A stretch of 64,000 nt of DNA from Sedimentisphaerales bacterium. Lineage in GTDB: Bacteria > Planctomycetota > Phycisphaerae > Sedimentisphaerales > SM23-30. Of the stretch, positions 42,207 to 56,362 are shown piece after piece. The notes beneath the pieces are model-generated. The model worked only from the letters and a program-made list of their open reading frames with translations. It was not told the origin of the DNA and ran no database searches. The stretch's first letter is position 1. The number at the start of each line of letters is the position of its first letter. The position numbers were made by a program, and so were the translations under genes. The stretch lies in the NCBI GenBank assembly GCA_963666285.1, contig OY762711.1. One strand, given 5' to 3'.

Positions 42207-42257
42207 ATTTTTATAAATTGTAAACTTCAAATCAAACGGACTTAAGTTACTTTGCTA

Positions 42258-43409
42258 TTACTTAGTGCTGAACTTATGGATTGTTGTTGTCTTATAAGTC
42301 TGGCCCGGAAGTAATGTTACACTTGGAAATTCAGGTTTATTTGGCGAATCTGGATAATGCTGGGTTTCCAGGCAGAACGCATAACGATGCTTGTAAACCT
42401 TGCCATCCTTACCTGTCAGAGTACCATCCAGGAAGTTACCTGCATAGAACTGAATTCCTGGCTCATTTGTATCTATTTCCATAAAACGACCTGAAACAGG
42501 CTCATAAACTGTTGCTGCTACAGACATTTCGCTGCCCTTCTTGTTAAGAACCCAGTTGTGATCGTAACCACTACCGAATTTCAACTGTTCAAAATCAGCA
42601 TCAATCCTGTCACCGATTCTTGTTGGCTTGGTAAAGTCCATTGGAGTACCGGCAACCGGTAAAATCTCACCTGTTGTAATCAGGCCTTCGTCAACCGGGG
42701 TGAATTTATCAGCGTTAAGCATCAACTCATGAGAATAATTATTTCTTCTTCCCTGTCCAGCCAGGTTAAAGTAGCAGTGGTTAGTCAGATTACATACAGT
42801 TGGCTTATCTGTTGTTGCAACATATTCGATAACAAGCTCATTTTTGTTTGTTAAGAAATATGTTACTGTCACATCCAGATTACCCGGGTATCCTTCTTCC
42901 ATATCCTTGCTTAGATAATGCAATTCCAGACCTACACAGCAATCTTTCTTAAATGGCTTGGCTGTCCATACTTTTCGGTTAAACCCTTCGATTCCGCCGT
43001 GAAGATGGTTTTCGCCATTATTAATTGCCAGTTTGTCATAAACCTTGCCGTCCAGGGTAAATTTTCCTTTGCCGATACGGTTACCGTAACGACCTATAAG
43101 AGCGCCGAAATATGGATTGGATTCATCTTCATAGCCTGAGACATCCTCAAATCCTAGACAGCAATCTTCCAGCTTGCCATTACGGTCAGGCAGCCATAGC
43201 TCTACGATTGTTCCGCCATAATTTGATATTTTTGCTGTTATTCCATTAGCATTTTTCAATGTGTACAGATCAACTTTTTCGCCATATTTGGTTTTGCCAA
43301 AAGATGATTTGCTTACAGAACCCTTTCCAGAATCTCCAATCATTCCGCAACCTGAAAAGATAAAAGCTGCAGATAACATTAGCACAACTAGACTTAGCTT
43401 GTTTAACAT
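42258..43409 (-). CDS. galM: Aldose 1-epimerase (mutarotase) with lipoprotein signal
   Basis: GRYGNRI, NHLHGG, NLTNHCYFNL, GYDHN, CLETQHYPD; lipobox FSGC. Confidence 0.93.
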   Translation of the reverse strand: MLNKLSLVVLMLSAAFIFSGCGMIGDSGKGSVSKSSFGKTKYGEKVDLYTLKNANGITAKISNYGGTIVELWLPDRNGKLEDCCLGFEDVSGYEDESNPYFGALIGRYGNRIGKGKFTLDGKVYDKLAINNGENHLHGGIEGFNRKVWTAKPFKKDCCVGLELHYLSKDMEEGYPGNLDVTVTYFLTNKNELVIEYVATTDKPTVCNLTNHCYFNLAGQGRRNNYSHELMLNADKFTPVDEGLITTGEILPVAGTPMDFTKPTRIGDRIDADFEQLKFGSGYDHNWVLNKKGSEMSVAATVYEPVSGRFMEIDTNEPGIQFYAGNFLDGTLTGKDGKVYKHRYAFCLETQHYPDSPNKPEFPSVTLLPGQTYKTTTIHKFSTK

Positions 43410-43616
43410 TACATAATCTCCTTACAAGAAATAATAAAATTATAAAATTATCAAAAAGATCTATATGAACTCAGAAAAGTATTATTATATTTTAATTCCT
43501 TACTATTGAAAGCACTTTTTTAAGCATTTTCAGTAAAAGAACTTACAATTAAATACAACTTATGGAGTACATTGTATCTCGATGACAACAATTACAAATA
43601 GCAATAACGTAAGGCA

Positions 43617-45905
43617 TTATTTAAGCTGAATATTCAGTGAACTGCCGAATGTTTCATTTCTTCCACCTCGCTTTTGTCCACTATTTTTACCAGCTTTTTC
43701 AGCCATAACCGGCTTATTTCCGTTTCTGCTTTGCTTTTTATTTTCTTTTGAACCGCCCTGCTGAGCTTTCTTTTCTGTTTTCATGCTCAAGGCGATTCGC
43801 TTGCGATCAATATCAATCGACGTAACTCGTACTTTTACCTGTTGCTGAACCTTTACAACTTCGTTTGGATCGCTAATATACCTGTCAGCCATTTCACTTA
43901 TATGAACTAAACCATCCTGATGAACCCCGATATCGACAAAACAGCCAAATGCCGTTACATTGGTTACTATGCCCGGCAGCTCCATACCCTCTGCCAGATC
44001 TTTTATATCATTAACACCTTCAGCAAATTGAAATACCTCAAATTTCTCACGCGGATCACGCCCCGGCTTGCTCAATTCACTCATAATATCCGTCAACGTG
44101 GGCATACCAACAGATTCTGACACATACTTACTCAAATCAACTTTATCACGTAATGACTGATCTGCTATCAAATCCTGAACATTGCAGTTCAAATCATTTG
44201 CCATTTGAGTTACAACAGAATAACTTTCCGGATGCACAGCACTGGAATCTAATGGATTTAAAGCGCCTCGAATACGTAAAAAACCGGCTGCCTGTTCATA
44301 TGTTTTAGCACCCATGCCTGAAACTTCCAGTAATGATTTACGGGAAGAAAATGGACCATTCTGCTCCCTGAAAGTCACAATCGCCCCGGCCAAACGAGTA
44401 CTCAGCCCGGACACATAGTTTAGCAGCTGCTTGCTGGCTGTATTGACCTCAACACCCACGCTGTTTACACAGCTTTCCACGGTGTCATCAAGCGACCTTT
44501 TCAGCATATTCTGGTCAACGTCATGCTGATATTGCCCAACACCGATACTTTTAGGATCAATCTTAACCAATTCAGCTAAAGGATCCATCAAACGGCGGCC
44601 TATCGATACAGAACCGCGTACAGTCAGGTCATAATCAGCAAATTCGTCCCTGGCTGCTTCTGAAGCCGAATAGACAGAAGCTCCAGACTCATTTACCATC
44701 ACAATGGTAACATCATTTAGCTTCAATTTACGTAAAAACTCTTCTGTTTCGCGACCGGCAGTACCATTACCAACAGCAATAGCCTTTATGCCGTACTTCT
44801 GACACAAAGCAATTACCGTATCACCTGCAGCAATCTCTTGTGCCTGACCATTATGCGGATAAATCGCCTCATTATGCAGCAATTTCCCTTGCGCATCCAG
44901 ACATACAAGCTTACATCCGGTCCTGAAACCCGGATCCAATGCCATTACAGGCATTTGGCCCAGCGGTGCCGCCATTAAAAGCTGCCTAAGATTATCTGAA
45001 AAAACCTTAATTGCAACCTCATCAGCCTTTTTCTTGGTCTCCAGACGCATTTCTGTCTCCATAGACAGCGATAATAATCGTTTATATGAATCTCCCGCAG
45101 CCAGCCTGACCTGTTCACCGCATTCGTTAGAAGATTTGACAAAAAGCTGTTCCAAAATATTCAATGCATATTCTTCAGGAACACTAATACGCATTGAAAG
45201 CATCTTCTCATTTGCTCCACGCCTCATCGCCAGCACTCTATGTGATGGAGAAGACACCGCAGGCTCTGTCCAGTCAAAATAATCGCGATATTTTGCCGCT
45301 TCAGGGTCTTCATCCTTGCCGGAAGCTACTTTACAAACAAACTCACCTTTTTCCAGGTATAGCTTTCTAAGCAATTCACGCGTATTCTGATCTTCACTTA
45401 TCCATTCTGCAATGATATCTCTGGCCCCGGCTAAAGCTGCCTCGCCATCTGTAACCTCTTTTTCTTCATCGATATATTTTGCCGCTTCTTCATTTAAGGC
45501 AAAATCACCCTGTTCAAAAATCAATTTTGCCAGCGGTTCCAGGCCTTTTTCCTTGGCAATAGTCGCCCTCGTACGACGTTTAGGCTTATAAGGCAGGTAT
45601 AAATCTTCCAGGACACTCATAACTCTGGCTTCTTCAATCTTCGCCTTAAGTTCATCGGTCAGCTTACCTTGAGAAGCTATTGATTCAAGTATGGATTCTC
45701 TACGTTTATCCAGTTCTGCCAGTTGATTAAGCATATCACGTATTGTTTGCACCTGAACCTCATCCAGAGACCCGGTAGCTTCTTTTCTATACCTGGCAAT
45801 AAATGGTATGGTACCACCTTCTTCCAGCAATCCGGCTGTTGCTTCTACCGACTTTACCCTAATTCCAGTTTCTTCAGCGATACGTATTATATGCTTTTCA
45901 TCCAT
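43617..45905 (-). CDS. tex: Tex-family RNA-binding transcription accessory protein
   Basis: TIPFIARYRKEATG, LDPGFRTGCK, IGVGQYQHDV, C-terminal S1 domain. Confidence 0.95.
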   Translation of the reverse strand: MDEKHIIRIAEETGIRVKSVEATAGLLEEGGTIPFIARYRKEATGSLDEVQVQTIRDMLNQLAELDKRRESILESIASQGKLTDELKAKIEEARVMSVLEDLYLPYKPKRRTRATIAKEKGLEPLAKLIFEQGDFALNEEAAKYIDEEKEVTDGEAALAGARDIIAEWISEDQNTRELLRKLYLEKGEFVCKVASGKDEDPEAAKYRDYFDWTEPAVSSPSHRVLAMRRGANEKMLSMRISVPEEYALNILEQLFVKSSNECGEQVRLAAGDSYKRLLSLSMETEMRLETKKKADEVAIKVFSDNLRQLLMAAPLGQMPVMALDPGFRTGCKLVCLDAQGKLLHNEAIYPHNGQAQEIAAGDTVIALCQKYGIKAIAVGNGTAGRETEEFLRKLKLNDVTIVMVNESGASVYSASEAARDEFADYDLTVRGSVSIGRRLMDPLAELVKIDPKSIGVGQYQHDVDQNMLKRSLDDTVESCVNSVGVEVNTASKQLLNYVSGLSTRLAGAIVTFREQNGPFSSRKSLLEVSGMGAKTYEQAAGFLRIRGALNPLDSSAVHPESYSVVTQMANDLNCNVQDLIADQSLRDKVDLSKYVSESVGMPTLTDIMSELSKPGRDPREKFEVFQFAEGVNDIKDLAEGMELPGIVTNVTAFGCFVDIGVHQDGLVHISEMADRYISDPNEVVKVQQQVKVRVTSIDIDRKRIALSMKTEKKAQQGGSKENKKQSRNGNKPVMAEKAGKNSGQKRGGRNETFGSSLNIQLK

Positions 45906-46207
45906 GCCTGCATAAACTCCTGTTAATAATATTCATAAGTACCTTTTCTAAAGGATAGTTATTGGACATAATCTCATTAAAACTGTCAAGGTATTTTTTA
46001 ACTGATGTAGGAATATTACCGACAATATAAGTATTGACGTATAAATATGATGTGAAAACTATAAATCGTTTATTTTTCTAGCTTTCAGATGAACATACAG
46101 CTAAAATTACAGTATTAATAATTGGTTGTATATAACTTACACAACTAAGCACAACTTGACATAAATACTTACCAATACACAAGTTCCACACACAATAAGG
46201 ACATCAG

Positions 46208-48427
46208 ATGAAAAGATTATTGAAACTTACATCGATATTTGAACAAAAAATACAGATCCTGACCATATTTGCAATCATTTGCATTAATTCATTAGTAAAT
46301 GCTGGCAGTCTATCAGATGTTACAACTCAGATTGCCCAGGGAAAACTTGAAAAAGCTATTGAATTGTGGGATACAGTTCCAGAGGCAGAAAAAGTTTCTT
46401 CTGACGGGATAATAGTAAGTGATATCATCAAAAACTATCAGTCTATCACGGATATACTCATGCAGGCCCGTGAAAAAGACCAGAAAAAATATCACGTTGA
46501 ATTAGATAAGGCCTACCAAAAAGCTTTATGGCAGGAAAAACTCCTTGAAACCAGCAAAAGTTTCGATTTTGAAGCCGAAGAAAAGACCGAACAGGAAACC
46601 AAACTTGCCGAAGATACAGACAAATATTGGCTTGAATCATTAGTTAAATTGTATGATGTTCATGCTTTTTCCAAAAGAATGGACATGGATGAAGGTGTTA
46701 ACCCTGACACCAAGCAAACCATTGTCAATAAATGCCTTACAATCGCAGAAAAATTAGAAACTGAAGACAAGGAGCTGGAAGCATACAACAAAGTATATTT
46801 CTTTGTCGGGGAAGTTACCAACCAGCCTAACAAATACGACCAGATGTATCAAGAGCTGGAACGTATGGCAATTATGGAAGCTACCTACGTCAACGATCCT
46901 AATTCTGAAGGAGTTACATGGGAAGAAAGGCGTAAGGATATTACCCTTGATATAATCTATATAGCCCTGGCAACCATTGACATGGATTATGTAGAAAGCC
47001 CTCCATACCAGAATATGATAGAAAAAGGGATAGATTTCTGCCTGCTTTTAACTCAAACTGATAAGATAGACAACACTTTTGAACAACTCAAAGATGAAGA
47101 CAACGAAAGTATTTTTAGACTCAAACTAAAAACATTACAGAAAAAACTTCGAAACACATCTGTAGAGAGTATTAATTACAATGAATGTGTAAAATACCTT
47201 GCTGAAATTCTCAAAATTAACAGCACAACCCTTGAGCTGCCAAATAATGTTATTATGGCTGAGTACACAGAAGGCATGTTCGACGCCCTGGACACACATA
47301 CTTCGATAGTATGGCCACAGGCAGTTGAAAACTTCCGTAAGCAGATGACAAATGAATTTTCCGGTATCGGAGTTATTATCAAGAAAAATGATGAAGGTTA
47401 TATCGTAGCCGATTCTCTGATAAGCTATCAATCTCCGGCCTGTATAGCCGGACTTGATGCCGGTGATGTTATTATGAAAGTTGACGGAAAGCCTACCAAC
47501 GACTTAACTACAGAAAAAGCTATTGACCTGATAACCGGCCCGGACGGTACAGACGTTGTATTAACAGTAATGCGCGAAGGATTCGAAGAGCCTAAAGAAT
47601 TTACCGTCACCCGCAGGAATATTGTTGTCCCAACAGTAAAAGGCATATCCAGAGATATGATGGGTGACTGGAACCATTTCCTCGACGAACAGAAGCAGAT
47701 AGGCTATGTTCGACTAACAAATTTTAGCGGAAACACTGCCGAATCCATGCTTTCAATAATGACTAATCTTAAAAAGCAGGGTATGAAGGCAATGGTACTT
47801 GACCTGCGAAGTAATACTGGCGGCTACCTGCAGACAGCCGTTGAAATCGTTAATTATTTTATTAGTGAAGGTAGAATAGTCAGCAGTAAACACCGAATAG
47901 GAGGCGACAATGAAGATGTTTACGATGCAAAACCTTCTAGAGTGTTTGACGAAGAAATGCCTCTTGTAGTTCTGGTTAACTCTGTTTCTGCAAGCGCCTC
48001 TGAAATTGTCTCTGGGGCATTGCAAGTCAGAGACAGAGCCATAGTCGTCGGCACCCAAACCTACGGAAAAGGCAGTGTTCAGACAATAAGAAATGTTGGC
48101 TTTACGCCGGCTGAAATTAAAATGACTATTGCCAAATATTATCTCCCTGATGGTAGATGTGTTCACCGTGACCCTAAAGACAAATTGAACAAAGATTATG
48201 GCGTCATCCCTAATGTAAAAGTAGAACTTACCACAGAACAGATTACCGATTGGGCTGAAATGGTAAGAAACGCCGACACATTGCATCGTCATGATATTCC
48301 GGCAGAAAACAGAAACTGGGATGTTTGGACTGTGGATGAAGTATTAAATGTTGATCCTCAACTTCAAACAGCAAAACTTATCCTTGAAGCACAGGTTGAA
48401 AAACAGCAATTCGCTTCTAAACAATAA
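46208..48427 (+). CDS. S41 carboxy-terminal processing protease with long N-terminal extension
   Basis: FSGIG PDZ, DLRSNTGG, SASASEIVSGALQ, TYGKGSVQ. Confidence 0.92.
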   Translation: MKRLLKLTSIFEQKIQILTIFAIICINSLVNAGSLSDVTTQIAQGKLEKAIELWDTVPEAEKVSSDGIIVSDIIKNYQSITDILMQAREKDQKKYHVELDKAYQKALWQEKLLETSKSFDFEAEEKTEQETKLAEDTDKYWLESLVKLYDVHAFSKRMDMDEGVNPDTKQTIVNKCLTIAEKLETEDKELEAYNKVYFFVGEVTNQPNKYDQMYQELERMAIMEATYVNDPNSEGVTWEERRKDITLDIIYIALATIDMDYVESPPYQNMIEKGIDFCLLLTQTDKIDNTFEQLKDEDNESIFRLKLKTLQKKLRNTSVESINYNECVKYLAEILKINSTTLELPNNVIMAEYTEGMFDALDTHTSIVWPQAVENFRKQMTNEFSGIGVIIKKNDEGYIVADSLISYQSPACIAGLDAGDVIMKVDGKPTNDLTTEKAIDLITGPDGTDVVLTVMREGFEEPKEFTVTRRNIVVPTVKGISRDMMGDWNHFLDEQKQIGYVRLTNFSGNTAESMLSIMTNLKKQGMKAMVLDLRSNTGGYLQTAVEIVNYFISEGRIVSSKHRIGGDNEDVYDAKPSRVFDEEMPLVVLVNSVSASASEIVSGALQVRDRAIVVGTQTYGKGSVQTIRNVGFTPAEIKMTIAKYYLPDGRCVHRDPKDKLNKDYGVIPNVKVELTTEQITDWAEMVRNADTLHRHDIPAENRNWDVWTVDEVLNVDPQLQTAKLILEAQVEKQQFASKQ

Positions 48428-48474
48428 TCACATTTTCATTATGTACAACGGTTTTATCACTGCGTACAAAATTT

Positions 48475-50640
48475 ATGAACTACAAAATAATTACGACAAT
48501 ATTACGAAAGGAACTGCTCGAAACACTTCGAGACAGAAGAACTTTATTTGCTATGATAGGAGTGCCAATCATCCTTTATCCGGCACTTTTTATCGGCATG
48601 ACACAGTTTACACTTATCCAGCAGGGAAAACTGTCATCCCAAAAATCAAAAGTCGCGGTAATTGGTGAAAATTATTCAGAATTTCAGGAATGGCTGGAAA
48701 ACTATCAGCCAGAAAATGAAGATGATAATAACGATGAAATATCCAAAAAGCTGGAATATGTCTCCCTGGAAAATGATATAACTAATAGAATCCAGAACAA
48801 TCTGAGTGATAACAGTTCTATCAACACCATTTTAAAAGAATACAAGATTGACTCTATTGCAATCATTAACAAGGCGGATGATGATAAAGAAGATAGTAAT
48901 TCACGTTTTACTAACTTAATTGCACATATCAAATACGATAACACAATACCATCTTCCGATCAGGGAAGAAAGCGACTTATCAGGCTTATCAATTTATACG
49001 GCAAACAGTTAAAAAAAGAACGCCTAAATGAAATTGGAATCAGCAGTAACGATATTCAGCCATTAACAATTCAGGCAATAGATATCGCCCCACCAGAAAA
49101 AACGGCAGGTTCCATACTTGGACGTATTTTACCTATGCTAATGATAATTAACCTTGCTCTTGGCGCTTTTTACCCTGCATTAGATCAAACTGCCGGAGAA
49201 AAAGAACGCGGCACTTTTGAAACTCTGCTGAGCACCCCTGCTCGCAAAACTGAGATAGTCACCGGTAAATTTCTTGCCATTTTTTCACTGGCTCTTATTA
49301 CTGCTGTTTTAAGTCTGACTAGTATGGGCCTGACAATGGTCACTCAAATCGGGCAGATGGCTAATGCTGCCGGTGCCGGTACTGATAACCCGCTTGCCGC
49401 CATTCAGATATCTGCCTCAACAATTGTAATAATGTTTCTAATCCTGATACCGCTGGCATTTTTTATCTGCTCGGTAATGATGTCTATTGCACTATTTGCT
49501 CGAAATTTCCGAGAAGCACAGCATTACGTAACACCTTTTTACTTAGCCATTACAATGCCGGCAATAGTAGCAAGCTTCCCTACAGTAGAACTTACCAAGA
49601 TTACAATGCTGCTGCCAATCCTGAATGTTGCGTTATTATTTAAAGAACTGCTGATTGGTAATTTTGCACTCGATCTGATAACAGGCGTATTTATTTCAAC
49701 AGCAGGCTGGGCTACACTGGCATTAACAATCTCAGTTAAACTCTTCCAAAGCGAGCAGCTTATCCTCAACCAGGAAAAAGGGTTACCGATAACTCTGAAA
49801 CGTAATTTAATTAAGCCGTCTGACAAACCGGAAGTCGGTATGTCACTTGGCCTATTTGCTTTATGCCTGTTAACACTTTTCTACTGTGGTACATATTTTC
49901 AAAGCAAAGGAATGATTTCCGGCATAATTATTACAGAATGGGTATTTGTATTTGTTCCGGTACTGTTGATACTCTGGTTTTATAAAATCAACCTCAAACA
50001 AACATTAAGTTTAAAGCTGCCAAAATTTTACGAACCAATATTGGCAATATTGCTTATTATCGGGGCTAACATTGTAGTAATGCGTTTAGGTATCGAGCAG
50101 TCAAAATATATTCCAATGCCTGAAGCTCTTAGCAAACTGGCAGAAACCATGATGAGTAATGATAAATCATGGTTGGAAACAATTAAACTCCTGTTTGCTA
50201 TTGCATTTTCTGCCGCTGTTTGTGAGGAAATCCTGTTTCGAGGTGCGGTATTCTCCGGACTTAACAAACCAGGTAAAGGATTGATGGCAATTACTGTTAC
50301 TGCCGCACTATTTGCTATTATGCATATGAGCATATATAGGCTCATGCCAACATTTTTACTTGGCATGGTGCTGGGATATCTTACCTGGAGAACCGGTTCT
50401 ATATTTAACAGCATGCTGGCTCACTTAGTTAATAATTCAATTCCTGTTCTATTGTTTACTGGAAAACTACCGGCTCTTAAGATTTGGTTAGATCAATTTG
50501 AAGGGGATAATCCTGCAGAAATAAAACCAGTACCAATATGGCTCATAGCTGCAGCAGTTGGAATAATTCTGACAGTTATCATAATCCTAGAAACTACAAA
50601 CGAAAAAAAGACTATACAATCCTGCGAAAATGAAAATTGA
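48475..50640 (+). CDS. NatB-like ABC-2 permease fused to CPBP (CAAX/Abi) intramembrane metalloprotease
   Basis: KELLETLRDRRT, AGEKERGTFETLL; C-terminal EEILFRG, FAIMH, HLVNN. Confidence 0.88.
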   Translation: MNYKIITTILRKELLETLRDRRTLFAMIGVPIILYPALFIGMTQFTLIQQGKLSSQKSKVAVIGENYSEFQEWLENYQPENEDDNNDEISKKLEYVSLENDITNRIQNNLSDNSSINTILKEYKIDSIAIINKADDDKEDSNSRFTNLIAHIKYDNTIPSSDQGRKRLIRLINLYGKQLKKERLNEIGISSNDIQPLTIQAIDIAPPEKTAGSILGRILPMLMIINLALGAFYPALDQTAGEKERGTFETLLSTPARKTEIVTGKFLAIFSLALITAVLSLTSMGLTMVTQIGQMANAAGAGTDNPLAAIQISASTIVIMFLILIPLAFFICSVMMSIALFARNFREAQHYVTPFYLAITMPAIVASFPTVELTKITMLLPILNVALLFKELLIGNFALDLITGVFISTAGWATLALTISVKLFQSEQLILNQEKGLPITLKRNLIKPSDKPEVGMSLGLFALCLLTLFYCGTYFQSKGMISGIIITEWVFVFVPVLLILWFYKINLKQTLSLKLPKFYEPILAILLIIGANIVVMRLGIEQSKYIPMPEALSKLAETMMSNDKSWLETIKLLFAIAFSAAVCEEILFRGAVFSGLNKPGKGLMAITVTAALFAIMHMSIYRLMPTFLLGMVLGYLTWRTGSIFNSMLAHLVNNSIPVLLFTGKLPALKIWLDQFEGDNPAEIKPVPIWLIAAAVGIILTVIIILETTNEKKTIQSCENEN

Positions 50641-51046
50641 AGATTTCAAAAAATGTAAAATAGGTGAATGTACTACAGAAATTCGAGTTCGTTATTATGA
50701 AGCAGACCGTCAGAATGTAGTACACCATAGCAACTATGCCCGTTACTTTGAGTTAGGCCGTACTGAGCTATTGCGGGCCAATGGTTACAACTATAAAGAC
50801 CTGGAAGACTGCGGAGTGATGCTGGTAGTAGCCAAGCTTGAGTGCCGTTTTAAGTACCCTGCCAGCTATGATGACATACTTGAAATCCATACCAGAGTTT
50901 CAAGAGCAGATAAAGCCAGGCTGGAACACTCATATATTATTAAAAGAAAAGCCGACGGTAAAGTTCTTACCGAAGGCTCTACAACTTTAGTACATGTTGA
51001 TAAAGAAGGAAAACTCCAGCCAATGCCGGAGTTCCTTCAATCTTAA
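50630..51046 (+). CDS. YbgC/4HBT-family acyl-CoA thioesterase
   Basis: RVRYYEADRQNVVHHSNYARYFELGR, PASYDD. Confidence 0.88.
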   Translation: MKIEDFKKCKIGECTTEIRVRYYEADRQNVVHHSNYARYFELGRTELLRANGYNYKDLEDCGVMLVVAKLECRFKYPASYDDILEIHTRVSRADKARLEHSYIIKRKADGKVLTEGSTTLVHVDKEGKLQPMPEFLQS

Positions 51047-51051
51047 TCAAC

Positions 51052-54204
<3,153 letters not shown>

Positions 54205-54368
54205 ATTACTTTCCTTGGCCTACTTAAGCCTCATAATATCAATAGTTTAGGTTGAGCAGATATCATCTGTTGCGAGTTCGCGTGCAGGTATAGTATCTGC
54301 GAAAATCTCAAGCTGTACTATTATCAATATTAATACAGATTAATCAAGCCTTTACGGAAAGAGAGAAA

Positions 54369-55020
54369 CAGCAATCAGCAGCCAGCAAACAGCGGTCAGT
54401 GGTCGGTAATCAGCGGTATGCGGAGATATGAAAAAGAGTTAATCAATAAAAAGGTCAGCAAGTTATGCAGGAGACATATAAAAAAGAATATGCAATACAG
54501 GTATAAGAAATTGATATATAAAAAAACAGATATTTTATGTTTGCAGTGATGGCAGGATTGATGTTAAGTGTTGTAATAGCTATATTTTACGATGTATCAG
54601 GTCGACATGTCGGTGGGGAATTTGTGCTCTAAACACGGATTGGTCTAGCGATGAACGGATTGAAACGGAAGGTAAGCGAAGAAGAACGGAGGCAGCGCGG
54701 ATGGCTATAAAGGGGTACGGATTGGCAGCGATTTTTTGATAAAAAATTGGTGATTAAAAATACAAATATCGGGTATAAAATATGGGTTTAATGGGAAATA
54801 ATGAAGGTTGGCTGACGGCGGGGTATTTAGTTTATAGCCGAACGCATGAGATTTTGGGATTGTGGGCGGACCAGATGTCGCGGAGCGGCGAGCGACCAGC
54901 AAGCAGCTAGAAATTTTAATCCCGATGGGCATCTGGATTTCGCTATGCTCATTGGGATGGCTAAGCAGTCTGCTCAGCAGCGAGCAGCCAAGCTGCCAGT
55001 AAACAGTTATTGTTCTAGCT
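54369..55020. repeat. Second REP/heptamer repeat cluster, inverted relative to the 39.3-40.1 kb cluster
   Basis: Seven heptamers cagcaat...cagcggt (54369-54417); 54860-54889 is the reverse complement of 39365-39394 (28/30); G-rich on the + strand. Confidence 0.65.
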
Positions 55021-55244
55021 AACAAACAGCTAGTGTTTGCAGGTCGGTGATGGTGTATGTGTTGAGCCAGTTTGACGATAGTTCGCTGAAGTAATATCTT
55101 TTTGACGATATAATTCCTGCAATATCTCTCAAATCTGAATACGGTTATTTTTAAACCTTTCCATCCTACTATATTTTGGTACCATTACTACATGATACTT
55201 ACAGTCTCATTTAACATGGGATTGGCTTCGCCAGTCTTTCATTT

Positions 55245-55284
55245 AAAAAGTCGATGGTATAAATAAATATTGTACCATCGACTT
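55245..55284 (-). terminator. Intrinsic terminator after prepilin gene
   Basis: aagtcgatggta/taccatcgactt stem followed by a T-run on the minus strand. Confidence 0.75.
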
Positions 55285-55416
55285 GATTTTTATAATCACA
55301 GGTTTTAACTTATTAAATCAATTTGAAATACGCTACACAAAGGTTGGCACAGTTTGCAATAAAAACATCAGAATAAACATTCTAGTCTTTCTGCCGCCTT
55401 AACATGCGAAAATATA

Positions 55417-56295
55417 CTACCTTGGACGATAGCCTCTGGCAAGAAAATCAACATCTACATTGCCTCCACTGGCAGCTGAACTTGTAATAGTGTCTGCTTG
55501 TCCAATGTAAGAAAGAGCAAACTGTACAGTGCGTTTATCTTGCCAGTCTCTCATTTCTGCGTGGCCATCGGCATAACTAAAAGCATTTTTCTTAGGATGC
55601 CAATATGCAATAGGATCAGAGAATTCATCTGAGTTTGTGTTAAAAATCCACGACCCCATATTCCATCCCCTATTATCAAAATCATCCATAAATACAAACT
55701 TATCTACAGGTGCTTTAATCTGAGTATCTCTTGTCACATAAATATTCATATCACTCTTATCTTCACCATTCATAGGACCAACTATACTATATGAACGGAA
55801 AGCAGGTTCTTTTACAAGTGACTCATATTTAGTACGATTATCTGAAGGACACTTATACACATCAAGTATATCTAAATATTTATATAGTGTACCACGCATG
55901 ATACCACGCTGCTCATCTTCCAATAGTACCGGAGTGTTGCCACCAGTATAGTTACCACTGCTGTTTATAGGTGGCTCCACCCAAGACCAACTATCATCAA
56001 ATAAGTCTCCACCACGAAGGGTGTGTCCGTCCGGAATCACACCATCATGGTCAGCTGCATACATAGTCCAGGCCTTAACTAAACTACTGTGGTTTGTCAA
56101 ACAAGTAACCATCTTTGCCTGCTCTTTGGCTTTGTTAAGCGCCGGCATAAGAATCGACACCAGCAAAGCTATAATAGAGATTACAACCAGTAACTCGATT
56201 AAAGTAAAACCCTTTACCTTCGATGGTTTAAACTTATTGCTACAACGTATGTTTGTAAAACATACTACATTAGAATCACTTTTTTCATTCTGCAT
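55417..56295 (-). CDS. Prepilin-type N-terminal cleavage/methylation protein with H-X9-DG motif (DUF1559-like)
   Basis: KGFTLIELLVVISIIALLVSILMPAL, YKCPSD, WHPKKNAFSYADGHA. Start ATG 56295 follows SD AAGAAAGG (ORF track starts at 56352). Confidence 0.9.
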   Translation of the reverse strand: MQNEKSDSNVVCFTNIRCSNKFKPSKVKGFTLIELLVVISIIALLVSILMPALNKAKEQAKMVTCLTNHSSLVKAWTMYAADHDGVIPDGHTLRGGDLFDDSWSWVEPPINSSGNYTGGNTPVLLEDEQRGIMRGTLYKYLDILDVYKCPSDNRTKYESLVKEPAFRSYSIVGPMNGEDKSDMNIYVTRDTQIKAPVDKFVFMDDFDNRGWNMGSWIFNTNSDEFSDPIAYWHPKKNAFSYADGHAEMRDWQDKRTVQFALSYIGQADTITSSAASGGNVDVDFLARGYRPR

Positions 56296-56362
56296 AATAA
56301 AACCTTTCTTTTCAATACGTGTTTTCTTAAAATGCTGCAATACATATAACAATTAAGTATAT

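Noticed and set aside
54205..54700. T-box riboswitch upstream of ileS
   Set aside because: No GGTGGNACCGCG T-box or specifier stem is visible on the minus strand.
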